Positions 40,304 to 49,991 are shown, counted from the first letter of the stretch. The stretch is DNA of 54,775 nt from Candidatus Heimdallarchaeota archaeon (GCA_046761065.1 JBHIFL010000019.1:1-54775), one strand, 5' to 3'. A program made the numbers and translations. The notes: generated by a model not told the origin, from the letters alone.

Positions 40304-41608
40304 TCATTCTTTCATGAATTCGCGTAGAACAATTGTGGCATAACTTCCTTTCTCTAGGCAGAATGAAAGATTGACTATGACATCTTCATTTGGTAAAGCT
40401 ATGATTTGTGTTTTCAATTTGTGTGGGAAACAGGATATCCTTCTGAGACTTCCTAATGAAGTAAGCCTTCGATTATTTTTCTTGAATAAATCTGAATGAA
40501 TATTTTCGGCTTGGAGAATTTTATTAAAGATCTCACCTGGAAATTCTCGTGGGATAAGGGATTTATAGCCGATTAAGGGCCCCATGACGTATGTTTTTCC
40601 CTTTTTAACTAAGTTTTTATGCATTTCAACGTTATTTTTTGTGATATATTCTATTTTTTCCTTGAATTGTACCAAATCGCCTGGTAACGGGTTCTGCCAC
40701 GAATCGAAGCATTTTATTCTTTCACTTATGTACTTGTTAAAAAGCCAAGATTGATATGCATGAATGAAGAGTGATAAAATGCGGCGAGGGAATATAGATA
40801 GAACTCCATTAAAATCATTTGGTCTTCTTGATAAAAACTGTAAAATACGTCTTTCGTAATGAAATTTCTTTGGGATTTCTTCCAATATTTTGTTAAAATT
40901 ATGTTCTTCACAAATCTTTTCTCTTATTACTTGTATTTGCACGGGCTCGTTTGGAGAGGTTTTCGATAAATAGAGCATTATTGCATCTTTTATCTGACCC
41001 ATAAGGAGTGCTTTTCCAATTAAATGGGAAATTAATCTTTTACCAAAGCGTTGCGGGCCAAAAAAGTTAGGAACTCCAATATTTCCTATTTCCTCTTTAA
41101 TATGTTGAATTCGCTCTAAAATTTGATTTTTAGGTATTTTGATATTTCGAATTCGTATTTTGAATTGATTTCCCCAGAGGTCCCCAAGTTTCACTCCGTA
41201 ACGAGCTGGATAAGCTGTTAATATACGAATCCTTTTAAATTTAGAAAGTTTTCTCCAAAGATCCCTTGGTGTTACTTTCCAAACAGACATTCTTTGTATC
41301 GCTATTGCGTGTTTATCTTTGTTTCCTGCATACCCAATATCATCTATTGAGATTCCAAGTTTTTGAGCAATCAATTGCGCAGTTTCAGGAGTGTCTACCC
41401 CTTCTTTTCGTATAACAAGATGTGTAAACAACCCTTTTGCGTCTCTGTTCAGACTCAGTTCGTTAACTCGTTGGAAACCTTCTTCGTATGGAATTAGCTC
41501 TTCTACTATGAAATCTTCTGAACGGCTCCTAATTTTCCCTCCAACTCCCTTCATGCTTGTTGAAAACCCTTCTATTCCTATGGAACTATTCGTTTGCGAG
41601 GAACACAA
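40304..41608 (-). CDS. truD: tRNA pseudouridine(13) synthase TruD
   Basis: EDFIVEE..YAGNKDKHA..GNQFKI..PNFFGPQRFG..GSYATIVLRE. Confidence 0.95.
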   Translation of the reverse strand: MCSSQTNSSIGIEGFSTSMKGVGGKIRSRSEDFIVEELIPYEEGFQRVNELSLNRDAKGLFTHLVIRKEGVDTPETAQLIAQKLGISIDDIGYAGNKDKHAIAIQRMSVWKVTPRDLWRKLSKFKRIRILTAYPARYGVKLGDLWGNQFKIRIRNIKIPKNQILERIQHIKEEIGNIGVPNFFGPQRFGKRLISHLIGKALLMGQIKDAIMLYLSKTSPNEPVQIQVIREKICEEHNFNKILEEIPKKFHYERRILQFLSRRPNDFNGVLSIFPRRILSLFIHAYQSWLFNKYISERIKCFDSWQNPLPGDLVQFKEKIEYITKNNVEMHKNLVKKGKTYVMGPLIGYKSLIPREFPGEIFNKILQAENIHSDLFKKNNRRLTSLGSLRRISCFPHKLKTQIIALPNEDVIVNLSFCLEKGSYATIVLREFMKE

Positions 41609-41619
41609 AACAATTCATC

Positions 41620-41997
41620 TCAAAGCAGTTTCATTTCCTTCGTGATTTTATCTAGATCATTTTCAGGTGCAGGACCTATACCTAATGCTGTCACAGTTCC
41701 TTGAGGAAGTTGTGTTAATCCTTGGTCTTTGATTAAAACAACTGGAATATCTAAAACTCTTGCATGCTCCTCTTTCGAGAGCAGAAGTTCAAGGGAATCT
41801 GTCCGTATAACAATTTTCTTCTGCCCCAATTCAATCCATTGCTTGAACCATTCTGGTTTGAGCCATTGCGCTTTATTGGAAGCCGAAACAGCAGCATGTG
41901 CCACTTGGGCAGCTATTTTTCCTTTTCCCATTTTAAGATCAGTTCTTACGATGATTACTTGTTTCATCTCCAATTTCTGCACCTTCTTAGAAGACAA
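41620..41997 (-). CDS. pth2: Peptidyl-tRNA hydrolase Pth2
   Basis: KQVIIVRTDLKMGKGKIAAQVAHA..GQKKIV..GLTQ..GIGP. Confidence 0.95.
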   Translation of the reverse strand: MSSKKVQKLEMKQVIIVRTDLKMGKGKIAAQVAHAAVSASNKAQWLKPEWFKQWIELGQKKIVIRTDSLELLLSKEEHARVLDIPVVLIKDQGLTQLPQGTVTALGIGPAPENDLDKITKEMKLL

Positions 41998-42240
41998 TGC
42001 CTACTTATAATGGAAATCCAAAAAATCTAATTTCCCTCAAGAAAGAAATTCTCTATTCATAATAATCATGAAGGCAATAGATATTATTTACTCTGATAAT
42101 TACGTTTAATCAGCCTTTGTGAAAAGAAGTTTTTTTGGCTATGACATAATGAATCTTGGAAACTACAAAACACTTTTAATTAAGTACTTTACACGAAGTT
42201 AAAGTATAAAGCACGAACAAAAAATTGAGGCTCTTAATTT

Positions 42241-42420
42241 ATGGCTGAGATTACAATGCCCCGATGTTCCTGTTGTTCTCGCCCGATCTCTCCAGGAGAT
42301 ATAGGAACTGTTAGTTTCGGATGCCCAGTGTGTGGGATTCTCTCCATTGTTCGTTGTTCAAAATGCAGACGACTCGGTAATACATATAAATGCCCTAATT
42401 GTGGTTTTGTCGGCCCCTAA
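42241..42420 (+). CDS. Small Zn-ribbon protein (HVO_2753/DUF1610 family; not in ORF track)
   Basis: Manual translation MAEITMPRCSCCSRPISPGDIGTVSFGCPVCGILSIVRCSKCRRLGNTYKCPNCGFVGP*; usual position upstream of EF-1beta. Confidence 0.9.
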   Translation: MAEITMPRCSCCSRPISPGDIGTVSFGCPVCGILSIVRCSKCRRLGNTYKCPNCGFVGP

Positions 42421-42459
42421 TACACCTAATACTACTTTTATAAAATCGGAGATGAATAA

Positions 42460-42732
42460 ATGCCAAAAATACTTGCTCAATTAAAAATCCTACCAACAGG
42501 CCCTGACGTAGATCTCAATTTAATTCTAGAAACTATCAAGGGTTTTGAAACCGAAGACATCATGATACGTGGTCATACTACACAGCCTATAGCTTACGGA
42601 TTGGTAGCTATTAAATTAACAACAATTATTGAAGGGGAACAAGGATCAAAAGTTCTAGACCAATTAGAAGATAAAATTCAGGCTATTAAAGATGTTTCCC
42701 AAGTTGAAACTGAAGCTGTATCTCTCCTTTAG
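42460..42732 (+). CDS. ef1b: Elongation factor 1-beta
   Basis: LKILPTGPDVDL..PIAYGLVAI..VSQVET. Confidence 0.92.
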   Translation: MPKILAQLKILPTGPDVDLNLILETIKGFETEDIMIRGHTTQPIAYGLVAIKLTTIIEGEQGSKVLDQLEDKIQAIKDVSQVETEAVSLL

Positions 42733-43059
42733 ATTAATTAAAGATCTTTTTTTGATTTAGTACCAACAATTTCACTACAATGGATGACTATTATAGATAT
42801 ATATTATCAAGAATATAGATCCCCATTTAGTCTATTATCCAATAGAATGGACATATGATTTGTAAAAATGATAAAGGAGTGTTGATCTTAAAAAACAGCA
42901 AACTGAAAATGATTGTGCATGATCCTCGTATTCAATTCACTATTATAATATTAAATTAAATTGAATAAAATAACTTATCTTTAAGATCATATTTCTCTTT
43001 TTAATAGATTTCTCCCCTCCAAGAACAGTAGTTTATTACATGTGATAAGAAAAGTAATA

Positions 43060-43314
43060 TCAAGAATTGGGAAGTTTTACTAGTTCTGCTGCAATCATAT
43101 CCCAAGGAACAGCTCTAATTTTGAGATTTGCTTCTGCATCAACTTCTACATCATTCAGCTCAATATTTTGAGGTTCAACATTATTTGTCAGATATTCCCT
43201 TATTTGGGCAACAGCTGGGCGTAATTCACCAAATAATGTTATTTCTCTATCTTTTTCACCTTTTAATACTAGTATGAAAAAGCGATCATCAATTTTGAAA
43301 CTCACATCGATCAC
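43060..43314 (-). CDS. Hypothetical protein
   Basis: 84-aa ORF with protein-like composition; no recognised family. Confidence 0.55.
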   Translation of the reverse strand: MIDVSFKIDDRFFILVLKGEKDREITLFGELRPAVAQIREYLTNNVEPQNIELNDVEVDAEANLKIRAVPWDMIAAELVKLPNS

Positions 43315-43509
43315 CTTTTGGTATTACTGTCAATTGTGAACTTTTTATTGTGTATTTTTCTTTTTATATTCATTTGGCGTCTGTGATTTGGTTTCCTAAT
43401 CCCACTATATCAATAATATTTTATTGTAGACTGTTTTTGATGTTTAAAATGATCAATAATTTTCAGTCATTGAAATACCTATTTGAGTGCGTAAGGATAA
43501 ATTAGATGT

Positions 43510-44031
43510 TTATTCTTCCAAAAATATTCGAATATGTCGTTGAAGAAGTGCATAAGTAGCCTCTTGAAGCATTTCCTCGCTCATGGGTAGATCTCTCACA
43601 TCAATTCGTCTTATACGTACCTTGAATTCTTCACTCCCATCAGGCACAAAAATCTTATTAACTCCTAGTACTTCAACTGGTGAAAATAGAGATTCAATAA
43701 TTTTTCGTTCAGACTTAGCGAATTCGATCACATGAATCTTTTGTCCGAGTTTTTGTTCAATTTCGTTAAGAATACGTCTGTTTGATCCAATAATATTTGA
43801 AATATCCTGCTTTCGGACCTCTAAAAGCACAAAAGAATCAACTGCGACGGCACGAGTAATTTTTACATTTTGAAGTGATGGATACTTGTTAGCTATTTTG
43901 CTGAGAATCTTGGATAATTCGATATCAAGTTGAGTAATTTTTCCATCGGCTAATTTTCGCTGGCAGCCTGTACATAGCATACCTGTTTTTGCACAAAAGG
44001 AACATATTGGGAGTTCCATCAGTTCCACCAA
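43510..44031 (-). CDS. NusA-like KH-domain protein with N-terminal Cys motif
   Basis: LPICSFCAKTGMLCTGC..IIGSN..LFSPVEVLGVNKIFVPDG. Confidence 0.85.
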   Translation of the reverse strand: MVELMELPICSFCAKTGMLCTGCQRKLADGKITQLDIELSKILSKIANKYPSLQNVKITRAVAVDSFVLLEVRKQDISNIIGSNRRILNEIEQKLGQKIHVIEFAKSERKIIESLFSPVEVLGVNKIFVPDGSEEFKVRIRRIDVRDLPMSEEMLQEATYALLQRHIRIFLEE

Positions 44032-44136
44032 TAAGCATACTATTTGGAGTTTGATTAGGCATTCGTTTGCACATGAAGATACAGATCATGCCCCTTTGCA
44101 ACTCCGAATATCACAAATAGTTTTTTCAGCTCTCAT

Positions 44137-44418
44137 TTAAGAGTCCTTTTTTAGAATAATATCAATAGTGCTACTATTGATCACACGTCCTTCCTTTGTT
44201 GTTATTTTTTCTGTACCAATATCGATGTTTTTTATACTAACATTTGTTGTAAACCGATTTCTAACAACTTCCGCAACATCAACTGCACGACTAATTGCTT
44301 TTCCTCGGGCCCTAATACCAATTTCTTCCTTCCCAGAATGAAAAAGCGTCATACAAGCCAGAATATAACTTAGGAGTGGTTTGTCTCCAATGAATACAAC
44401 ATTTTCATCTCTAGTCAT
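44137..44418 (-). CDS. albA: DNA/RNA-binding protein Alba
   Basis: VFIGDKPLLSY..RARGKAISRAVDVAEVVRNRF..IGTE. Confidence 0.95.
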   Translation of the reverse strand: MTRDENVVFIGDKPLLSYILACMTLFHSGKEEIGIRARGKAISRAVDVAEVVRNRFTTNVSIKNIDIGTEKITTKEGRVINSSTIDIILKKDS

Positions 44419-44939
44419 GAGTTTCAACCTCATACATGGCCTCAAAATCTTTTAATGTTATGTTTGCATGTTATGATTTTGATCTGTTTCATTGAATGTT
44501 TACTATTTATTACCTGATTCAATAGCACCCACTCTTCCAGCTTCTTGGGTTCTGGGGTGAATAAATTGAGTCTTCAATAGAAGAGGATTTAGGCTCTATG
44601 AAAAAAATATCTATATCGACAAAGATAGAAGTATAAAGGCAATACACCGATGACCAGACTGGAACATCTTGTTTATAACTAGAATTCGCAATTGATAATA
44701 GGAGTTACAACAGTTAAATTACAGAGAAGACCAAAAATCCATATGCCTCTAGTATCCTTTTATAGGATCCTGCAATAATAATCTTTAACAATACAGAATC
44801 GCCTTATTTCAGGTTTATGACAGGTCAATAAAGAGCAATTTTAAAACCAGAAGATATATTCTTGAAAATACTTCATGGAAATAAGCACTAAACAAAGATC
44901 TTTCAACATGATGGTAGAAAGATAAGGAGTTGTATTTTT

Positions 44940-45098
44940 ATGCCAGTTCATGATCCAGAAAAAAGAGAAATCGCACGATCTGTGCTTTTACATGTTGCGA
45001 TTTGTCGAAAATGCTATGCTCGGAATCCTGTTAATGCAAAAAAATGTCGACGTTGTCGTAGTACACGATTGAGAAGAAAAAAGACCGAAAGAACTTAA
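44940..45098 (+). CDS. rpl40e: 50S ribosomal protein eL40 (not in ORF track)
   Basis: Manual translation MPVHDPEKREIARSVLLHVAICRKCYARNPVNAKKCRRCRSTRLRRKKTERT*. Confidence 0.93.
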   Translation: MPVHDPEKREIARSVLLHVAICRKCYARNPVNAKKCRRCRSTRLRRKKTERT

Positions 45099-45317
45099 TA
45101 AATTGTACTAATTGTAGGATGGGAAAAAGAACTGATGTTGAACCATTAACCCTTTTAAATGCCTGTTATAAATTCTGAAAGAAAATTAAGCTACCGATAG
45201 ATCTTATAATGGGATTGTTTATGTAAAAACAAATTAATTATCAAAAGAATTAAATAAAATATTCTTCAAAAACAAACTATTAAAAAATAGATGCAGATAA
45301 AATAATAAAAAGAAATT

Positions 45318-45839
45318 GGGCGGGTGGTCTAGTTCGGTTATGACACTAAAGTGATGGCATAAAGCCGCGCTCACACCGCGGAGGTTCGTGGGTTCGAAAC
45401 AGTGGAGTTGTCAAAATGAGGAAGTTTAGTAACTACGAATGTAGAATTATTGAGAGTGTGCTAAATTTTGATGGTTCTATTACTTGTGAAGTGACAAGAC
45501 AATAGCTACAGTGGTTGTTTCTGAAATTATTCGTGTGTCGTTTTCCTATAAATCAAAAGAATTTCTAAAATGACTAAGAGAATTCTTGGTTGTAGGCATA
45601 AATTCACTCGGAAAAAAGATGAGAAATGCTACATGTTCGCAATCGGATAAACCAATTCAAATGATTACTATAACAGATCAAGCTTGTGGTAAAAAAGGAT
45701 AAATAAAGGTTGCACTGAAATTAATTCGATTTAAAGCACAACAATTCAAAGACACAAGGATAACTTACCTAATTAGTATAAATAGGAAATTGATAACTTA
45801 ATAGAGCAATTCTACACTGCGTAAATCCCACCCCGCCCA
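45318..45839 (+). tRNA. tRNA-Val(CAC) with a 19-nt intron at 25/26 (45345-45363) and a 427-nt intron at 59/60 (45399-45825)
   Basis: Acceptor GGGCGGG(45318)/CCCGCCC-A(45832-39); anticodon arm CCGCG-CT-CAC-AC-CGCGG; T arm GTGGG-TTCGAA|T-CCCAC split by the long intron with terminal BHB. Confidence 0.88.
45416..45801 (+). pseudogene. Decayed LAGLIDADG-like homing endonuclease inside the tRNA-Val intron
   Basis: ATG after GGAG: MRKFSNYECRIIESVLNFDGSIT (LAGLIDADG-like helix), then frameshifted pieces IRVSFSYKSKEFLK*LRE, ILGCRHKFTRKKDEKCYMFAI, LL*QIKLVVKK, VALKLIRFK. Confidence 0.7.
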
Positions 45840-46106
45840 CTACATTGCAATGCAGTTAATAAATTTTGAAGAATTTGAAAGGAAAGTATGAACATTAGAT
45901 GTTTCCATAGAAATGCCATCAGGAAATATAATTTCATATTATTCTGGATATTTTAAAAAAGTTAAGTAATAGTTAAAGATCTGTCTATTTGCAATTGATC
46001 TAGCTGAAGCAGATCCATTATTTTTTAGGGGATTATAGGAGTGTGGAAAACTGGAATGGATATATTTTCTACTATTAAAAACAAATTGTATACAATTTCT
46101 GAAACA

Positions 46107-46301
46107 CTAGAGATCAATAATTGGTAGTTTTATACGCTGTAGGATTATATTTGCTTCTTCTGGAGAACTTTTTAGTGTATAAAGTCTCTTTTTTGTTCTA
46201 AGTTTTAATTTGACAATATTTCCGCGTCTTTTCACGCGACACTCCGTTGCTCTAGTAGATATCTCAAGGAATTCCTCTGGGACAAATATTTCTTGGGGCA
46301 A
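46107..46301 (-). CDS. rpl38e: Ribosomal protein eL38
   Basis: MPQEI..EFLEI..CRVKR..VKLKLRTKKRLYTL. Confidence 0.88.
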   Translation of the reverse strand: MPQEIFVPEEFLEISTRATECRVKRRGNIVKLKLRTKKRLYTLKSSPEEANIILQRIKLPIIDL

Positions 46302-46351
46302 AATAGTCCCTCACAATTTCTGCATGAAAATTTTATTTACCATACATTATA

Positions 46352-46780
46352 CTAATTTTGTTCTCTTGCGGCGATAATCTTTGTATGATTCATGATGATC
46401 CAATAGTCAACCTCTACAGGTTTTCCAGCATTAAACAAGGATATTATTTTGTTACGAACATTCTCCTCCTCCGGTAATACTGTTTCAAAGGTATTATACT
46501 CTTCATTGTCCATAACTTGGATGCTATCTCCTGCCACCGATGTTATCAGGCCTGTACGCTTATCTATTATGGGAATATTGACTCTTGTGCTAACAGGCCC
46601 AACAAATTCTCTTTTTCGACCGTCAATAACACCAACCATTACGATTCGAGCCTTTGCGGAACCGTGTTTGCCAGGTTTTGACTTATCAATACTTAAAATC
46701 TTACATGGCTCATTAGACTTAGGATCTATCATATAACGACCTTCTTTTAGGTCACCAGCTGTTGTGGGGCGAGTTGACAT
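46352..46780 (-). CDS. eif5a: Translation factor aIF5A/eIF5A
   Basis: Hypusine loop SKPGKHGSAKAR. Confidence 0.96.
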   Translation of the reverse strand: MSTRPTTAGDLKEGRYMIDPKSNEPCKILSIDKSKPGKHGSAKARIVMVGVIDGRKREFVGPVSTRVNIPIIDKRTGLITSVAGDSIQVMDNEEYNTFETVLPEEENVRNKIISLFNAGKPVEVDYWIIMNHTKIIAAREQN

Positions 46781-47015
46781 AAACCTCTACATCCCTAAAC
46801 TGCAATGTCATCTTTCTTGTTTTATTTTTTTGGTTATTTTATTTTACATTTTTTTCTAAACTACTCTTTAGGTACATATTTCTCTAACGGATCCAATTTA
46901 TTGTATAAATGAAATACGGTAGCACATATAGGTTAGGATGAGATCTGTCCCTTGAGGATTGGAGAATGATAAGAAATATAGTTAAGAATTAATGATATAG
47001 AATGTTTAAATATTG

Positions 47016-47151
47016 TGCGGGCGCCGGGATTTTCAAAAAAGGTTTTCACCTTTTCATTTGAACCCGGGTTAGAAGCTTTCTCCGTTTATAATGGGAGGCT
47101 TCATTAAGGGAGGAATTATCTCTGTCCTCGACCAGACTAGACCACGCCCGC
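47016..47151 (-). tRNA. tRNA-Gly(CCC) with three introns (47104-47123 at 25/26; 47078-47091 at 37/38; 47030-47056 at 59/60); CCA not encoded
   Basis: Spliced reverse complement: GCGGGCGTGGTCTAGTCTGGTCGAGGAC-T-GAAGC-CT-CCC-AA-GCTTC-TAAC-CCGGGTTCAAATCCCGG-CGCCCGC-A. Each insert has a 4-bp helix flanked by 3-nt bulges or loops. Confidence 0.92.
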
Positions 47152-47683
47152 CAGTTATAGTCGGCACTAACCTATATTTAAAATCTTTGTGGTGTTATGT
47201 CAAAGATGTATTTTGATGATTAAAGTGTTATTCAATATGAAGATTCGGAAAAAGTCATATTGAGGAAAAGTCGCTTTTTCAATTTATGAACACTAATATT
47301 TCTGAACCCTTGACTGCTTAATATTGTCTAAGAAGAAAGTTGACAGCGAGAATCAAATTTCCATATTCTTTATTCACTTTCCTATCTTTTTTTATAGTTA
47401 TAATAGGATATTAACATTATCGTATTAGTAAATTGTTAGGATTTATCAACTCATCAATTCATGTCCTCTCTTAATTTTTTAATCGATCAGAATAGTAATT
47501 TTACTTTTTTCGTCCATTGTAATCTGTTTCTTTGTTTTTGACTTTCATCGACCTCTCTCTCCCGAGAGTATCCTTAAATTTAATCCCTACCTTTCAATAA
47601 TATAGATATGTGTCTATATCAACGCAACAATAATTTGATTCTTCTTATCCAACTAAAAACGTTATAGTAATTGGTGGCCTAAT

Positions 47684-48904
47684 TTGAGTATTGATTTAAT
47701 TGAAACAGAAGTTGGTCGACCTTCAATCTTTAAAGATGAGAACAAACTTACAGTCGATTATCTCCCCGATCATCTTCTCTTCAGAGAAGAGCAAATGAAA
47801 GCATTAACAAATTACTTAAAAGGCTTAATTCTTCATCCCGCCAAATTTACCCAAAGAGTTGTATTCAGGGGTGGCATAGGCACTGGAAAAACCGCTTTGG
47901 CTAAAAAATTTGGAATAAATTTTGAGAACATAGCGAAAAAATATGGAGTCCCTTTAAAATATGTGCATGTGAATTGTCGTAGGAAACAAACCAATTTTCT
48001 TGTTCTCCTGAATATTATTCATGAATTCGATCCCCATTTTCCATCAAGGGGTTATTCCTCTGAAGAATTGTTGGAGATCTTGTTAAAAATTTTAGAACGT
48101 CAAAACATCACAATCTTACTATGTCTTGACGAGATTGATTTTTTAATTTCTAAGAGTGGACCAAATATGCTTTATTCATTGACTCGTATTTCTGATGACG
48201 AAATTGAGAAAAAAGGGCAAATTTCATTGATACTAATTGCTCGAGATGAAAAATTCCGCCAATTTCTTGATGCAAGTACTATCAGTTCCCTTCAATTAAA
48301 CACAATTTCCTTTGAGAAGTATTCATTCTCCCAACTTCAAGACATACTGAAAACACGCGCTGCTGAGGCTTTCCACCAAGGAACCGTCTCCAATGAAACT
48401 CTTACATTTATTGCAGAACTTGCAAGCCCTTGGGGTGATGCCAGATACGCTATCGAACTTCTCTGGATAGCTGGGAAAAAAGCAGATATGCAGAACTCTA
48501 AGATGGTGCTTCCAGAACACGTTAGATACGCAAGTGCCTCCATTCATCCTGGAGTTCAGAGAGATGTACTTAAAACACTATCGTTACATCATTTACTTTT
48601 ATTACTTGGAGTAACGCGGGTTCTGTCAAAGACAGATGCACCCTATTCCTCAATCAAAGAAATTGAGGAAACCTATGTTTTATCTTGTGAGGAATACAAT
48701 AATATACCAAGGAAATATACACAAGTATGGCAATATATACAAGATTTATTCAATTTGGGACTCCTAAACTTAAAAGTAACAAGTCAAGGAATTAGAGGTC
48801 GTACAACTCTTGTTAGCTTACCCAATATTCCTGCGAAAATTCTAGAAACCGAAATAGAGCAAATTTTAAGAAATAAACTCTTAGAACATGGAGACGACCA
48901 TTGA
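47684..48904 (+). CDS. cdc6: Orc1/Cdc6 family AAA+ protein
   Basis: DYLPDHLLFREEQ..GGIGTGKT..VHVNC..LDEID..GDARYAI..GIRGRTT. Confidence 0.95.
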   Translation: MSIDLIETEVGRPSIFKDENKLTVDYLPDHLLFREEQMKALTNYLKGLILHPAKFTQRVVFRGGIGTGKTALAKKFGINFENIAKKYGVPLKYVHVNCRRKQTNFLVLLNIIHEFDPHFPSRGYSSEELLEILLKILERQNITILLCLDEIDFLISKSGPNMLYSLTRISDDEIEKKGQISLILIARDEKFRQFLDASTISSLQLNTISFEKYSFSQLQDILKTRAAEAFHQGTVSNETLTFIAELASPWGDARYAIELLWIAGKKADMQNSKMVLPEHVRYASASIHPGVQRDVLKTLSLHHLLLLLGVTRVLSKTDAPYSSIKEIEETYVLSCEEYNNIPRKYTQVWQYIQDLFNLGLLNLKVTSQGIRGRTTLVSLPNIPAKILETEIEQILRNKLLEHGDDH

Positions 48905-49184
48905 AATGAAAAAAAAAGACTTCCCAATTTGGGAAGTTCTCTCTTGCAAAGGCAAGGTTAAAGTAATCAAAGCCCTTGTGGAAGCTGAAGAATTAAATAT
49001 AACTGAGATTGTAAAGAGGACAGAACTCAGTCATCGATCAGTGAAGAGATATTTAACAGAATTATGCTATACAGGTCTTGTCGAACTCAAAAAATTTGGA
49101 CGCATCAGAATTTACCGTTATAGGATCGAGATTGCACGAGCACGCGCTCTCCAGTATGTGTTTAAAATTTGGGATCGTGATTAA
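48888..49184 (+). CDS. Winged-helix (ArsR-like) protein overlapping the cdc6 3' end
   Basis: ELNITEIVKRTELSHRSVKRYL..GLVELKKFGRIRIY. Confidence 0.8.
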   Translation: METTIEMKKKDFPIWEVLSCKGKVKVIKALVEAEELNITEIVKRTELSHRSVKRYLTELCYTGLVELKKFGRIRIYRYRIEIARARALQYVFKIWDRD

Positions 49185-49195
49185 GCCCATTGCGA

Positions 49196-49771
49196 CTAAA
49201 CAGTCACATGTTTCAGCAAATGCCGCAAATCTGGAAGAAGAACCTCTTCCATCCCGAGTTTTACTGCGTGTGGAGACCCTGGAAGACAACAAATAACAGT
49301 TTTACCAATAATACCTAAAAATGTACGTGTTAAAATTACAGCATTCCCAATCTTAGGAAAACTTACTACTCTGAATCGTTCTTCAAATCCTTTAAGGTTT
49401 TTTTCTACAAATGGGATAATTGCTTCAATTGTCAGGTCTCTTGGGGTAGTTCCAGTCCCTCCAATTGTAATCACTAGATGAAAATTGTTGATCATACGAA
49501 GGATAACTGATCGAATTTCATACACCGAGTCAGGTACCACTTCAAATGCTTTGATATTCATGCCTTTTTCATCCAACAGTCGTCTACATAAATTTCCAGA
49601 AACATCTCCTTTTATGAATCCATTCCGTTTAGATTTATACAGTGAGTCACTAATTATAACAATTCCAACCAAGATATCTCCTGTTTTATCACCGTGAGCA
49701 TGTTTTGTGGGAATAATCGCATTTTTTACCATTCTATTCATTTCCTTGCTATTTCCTTTTATAAAATTCAA
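49196..49771 (-). CDS. moaB: Molybdopterin adenylyltransferase MoaB/Mog family
   Basis: IIISDS..DVSG..VVPD..TIGGTGTTPRDLTIEA..LPGSPHAV. Confidence 0.9.
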   Translation of the reverse strand: MNFIKGNSKEMNRMVKNAIIPTKHAHGDKTGDILVGIVIISDSLYKSKRNGFIKGDVSGNLCRRLLDEKGMNIKAFEVVPDSVYEIRSVILRMINNFHLVITIGGTGTTPRDLTIEAIIPFVEKNLKGFEERFRVVSFPKIGNAVILTRTFLGIIGKTVICCLPGSPHAVKLGMEEVLLPDLRHLLKHVTV

Positions 49772-49991
49772 ATATTATTAATATCGGTTATCATTATCTA
49801 CAATCTGGCATGATACAATGGCTACTTAATATCTTGAGTAGATCCAAGTGAATTTCTTTGTAGATATTAATTGTCTAAGCCTTTGTATGATTCTATCTTT
49901 AGTACTAATTATTATCCCAAATTTTGGAGATACCGAGCAATTAATTGATAATAAAAAAGTTAAATTAGGATGAATCGAAAGGGGCGGGAAT

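Noticed and set aside
45318-45839. Split (trans-spliced) tRNA halves or an integrated element with an att duplication
   Set aside because: The halves are collinear on one strand and joined by a terminal stem with a BHB. There is no duplicated tRNA 3' end and no integrase.
47160-47683. Definite replication origin
   Set aside because: No repeated ORB/mini-ORB with a G-string was found; AT-richness and a neighbouring cdc6 are not enough.
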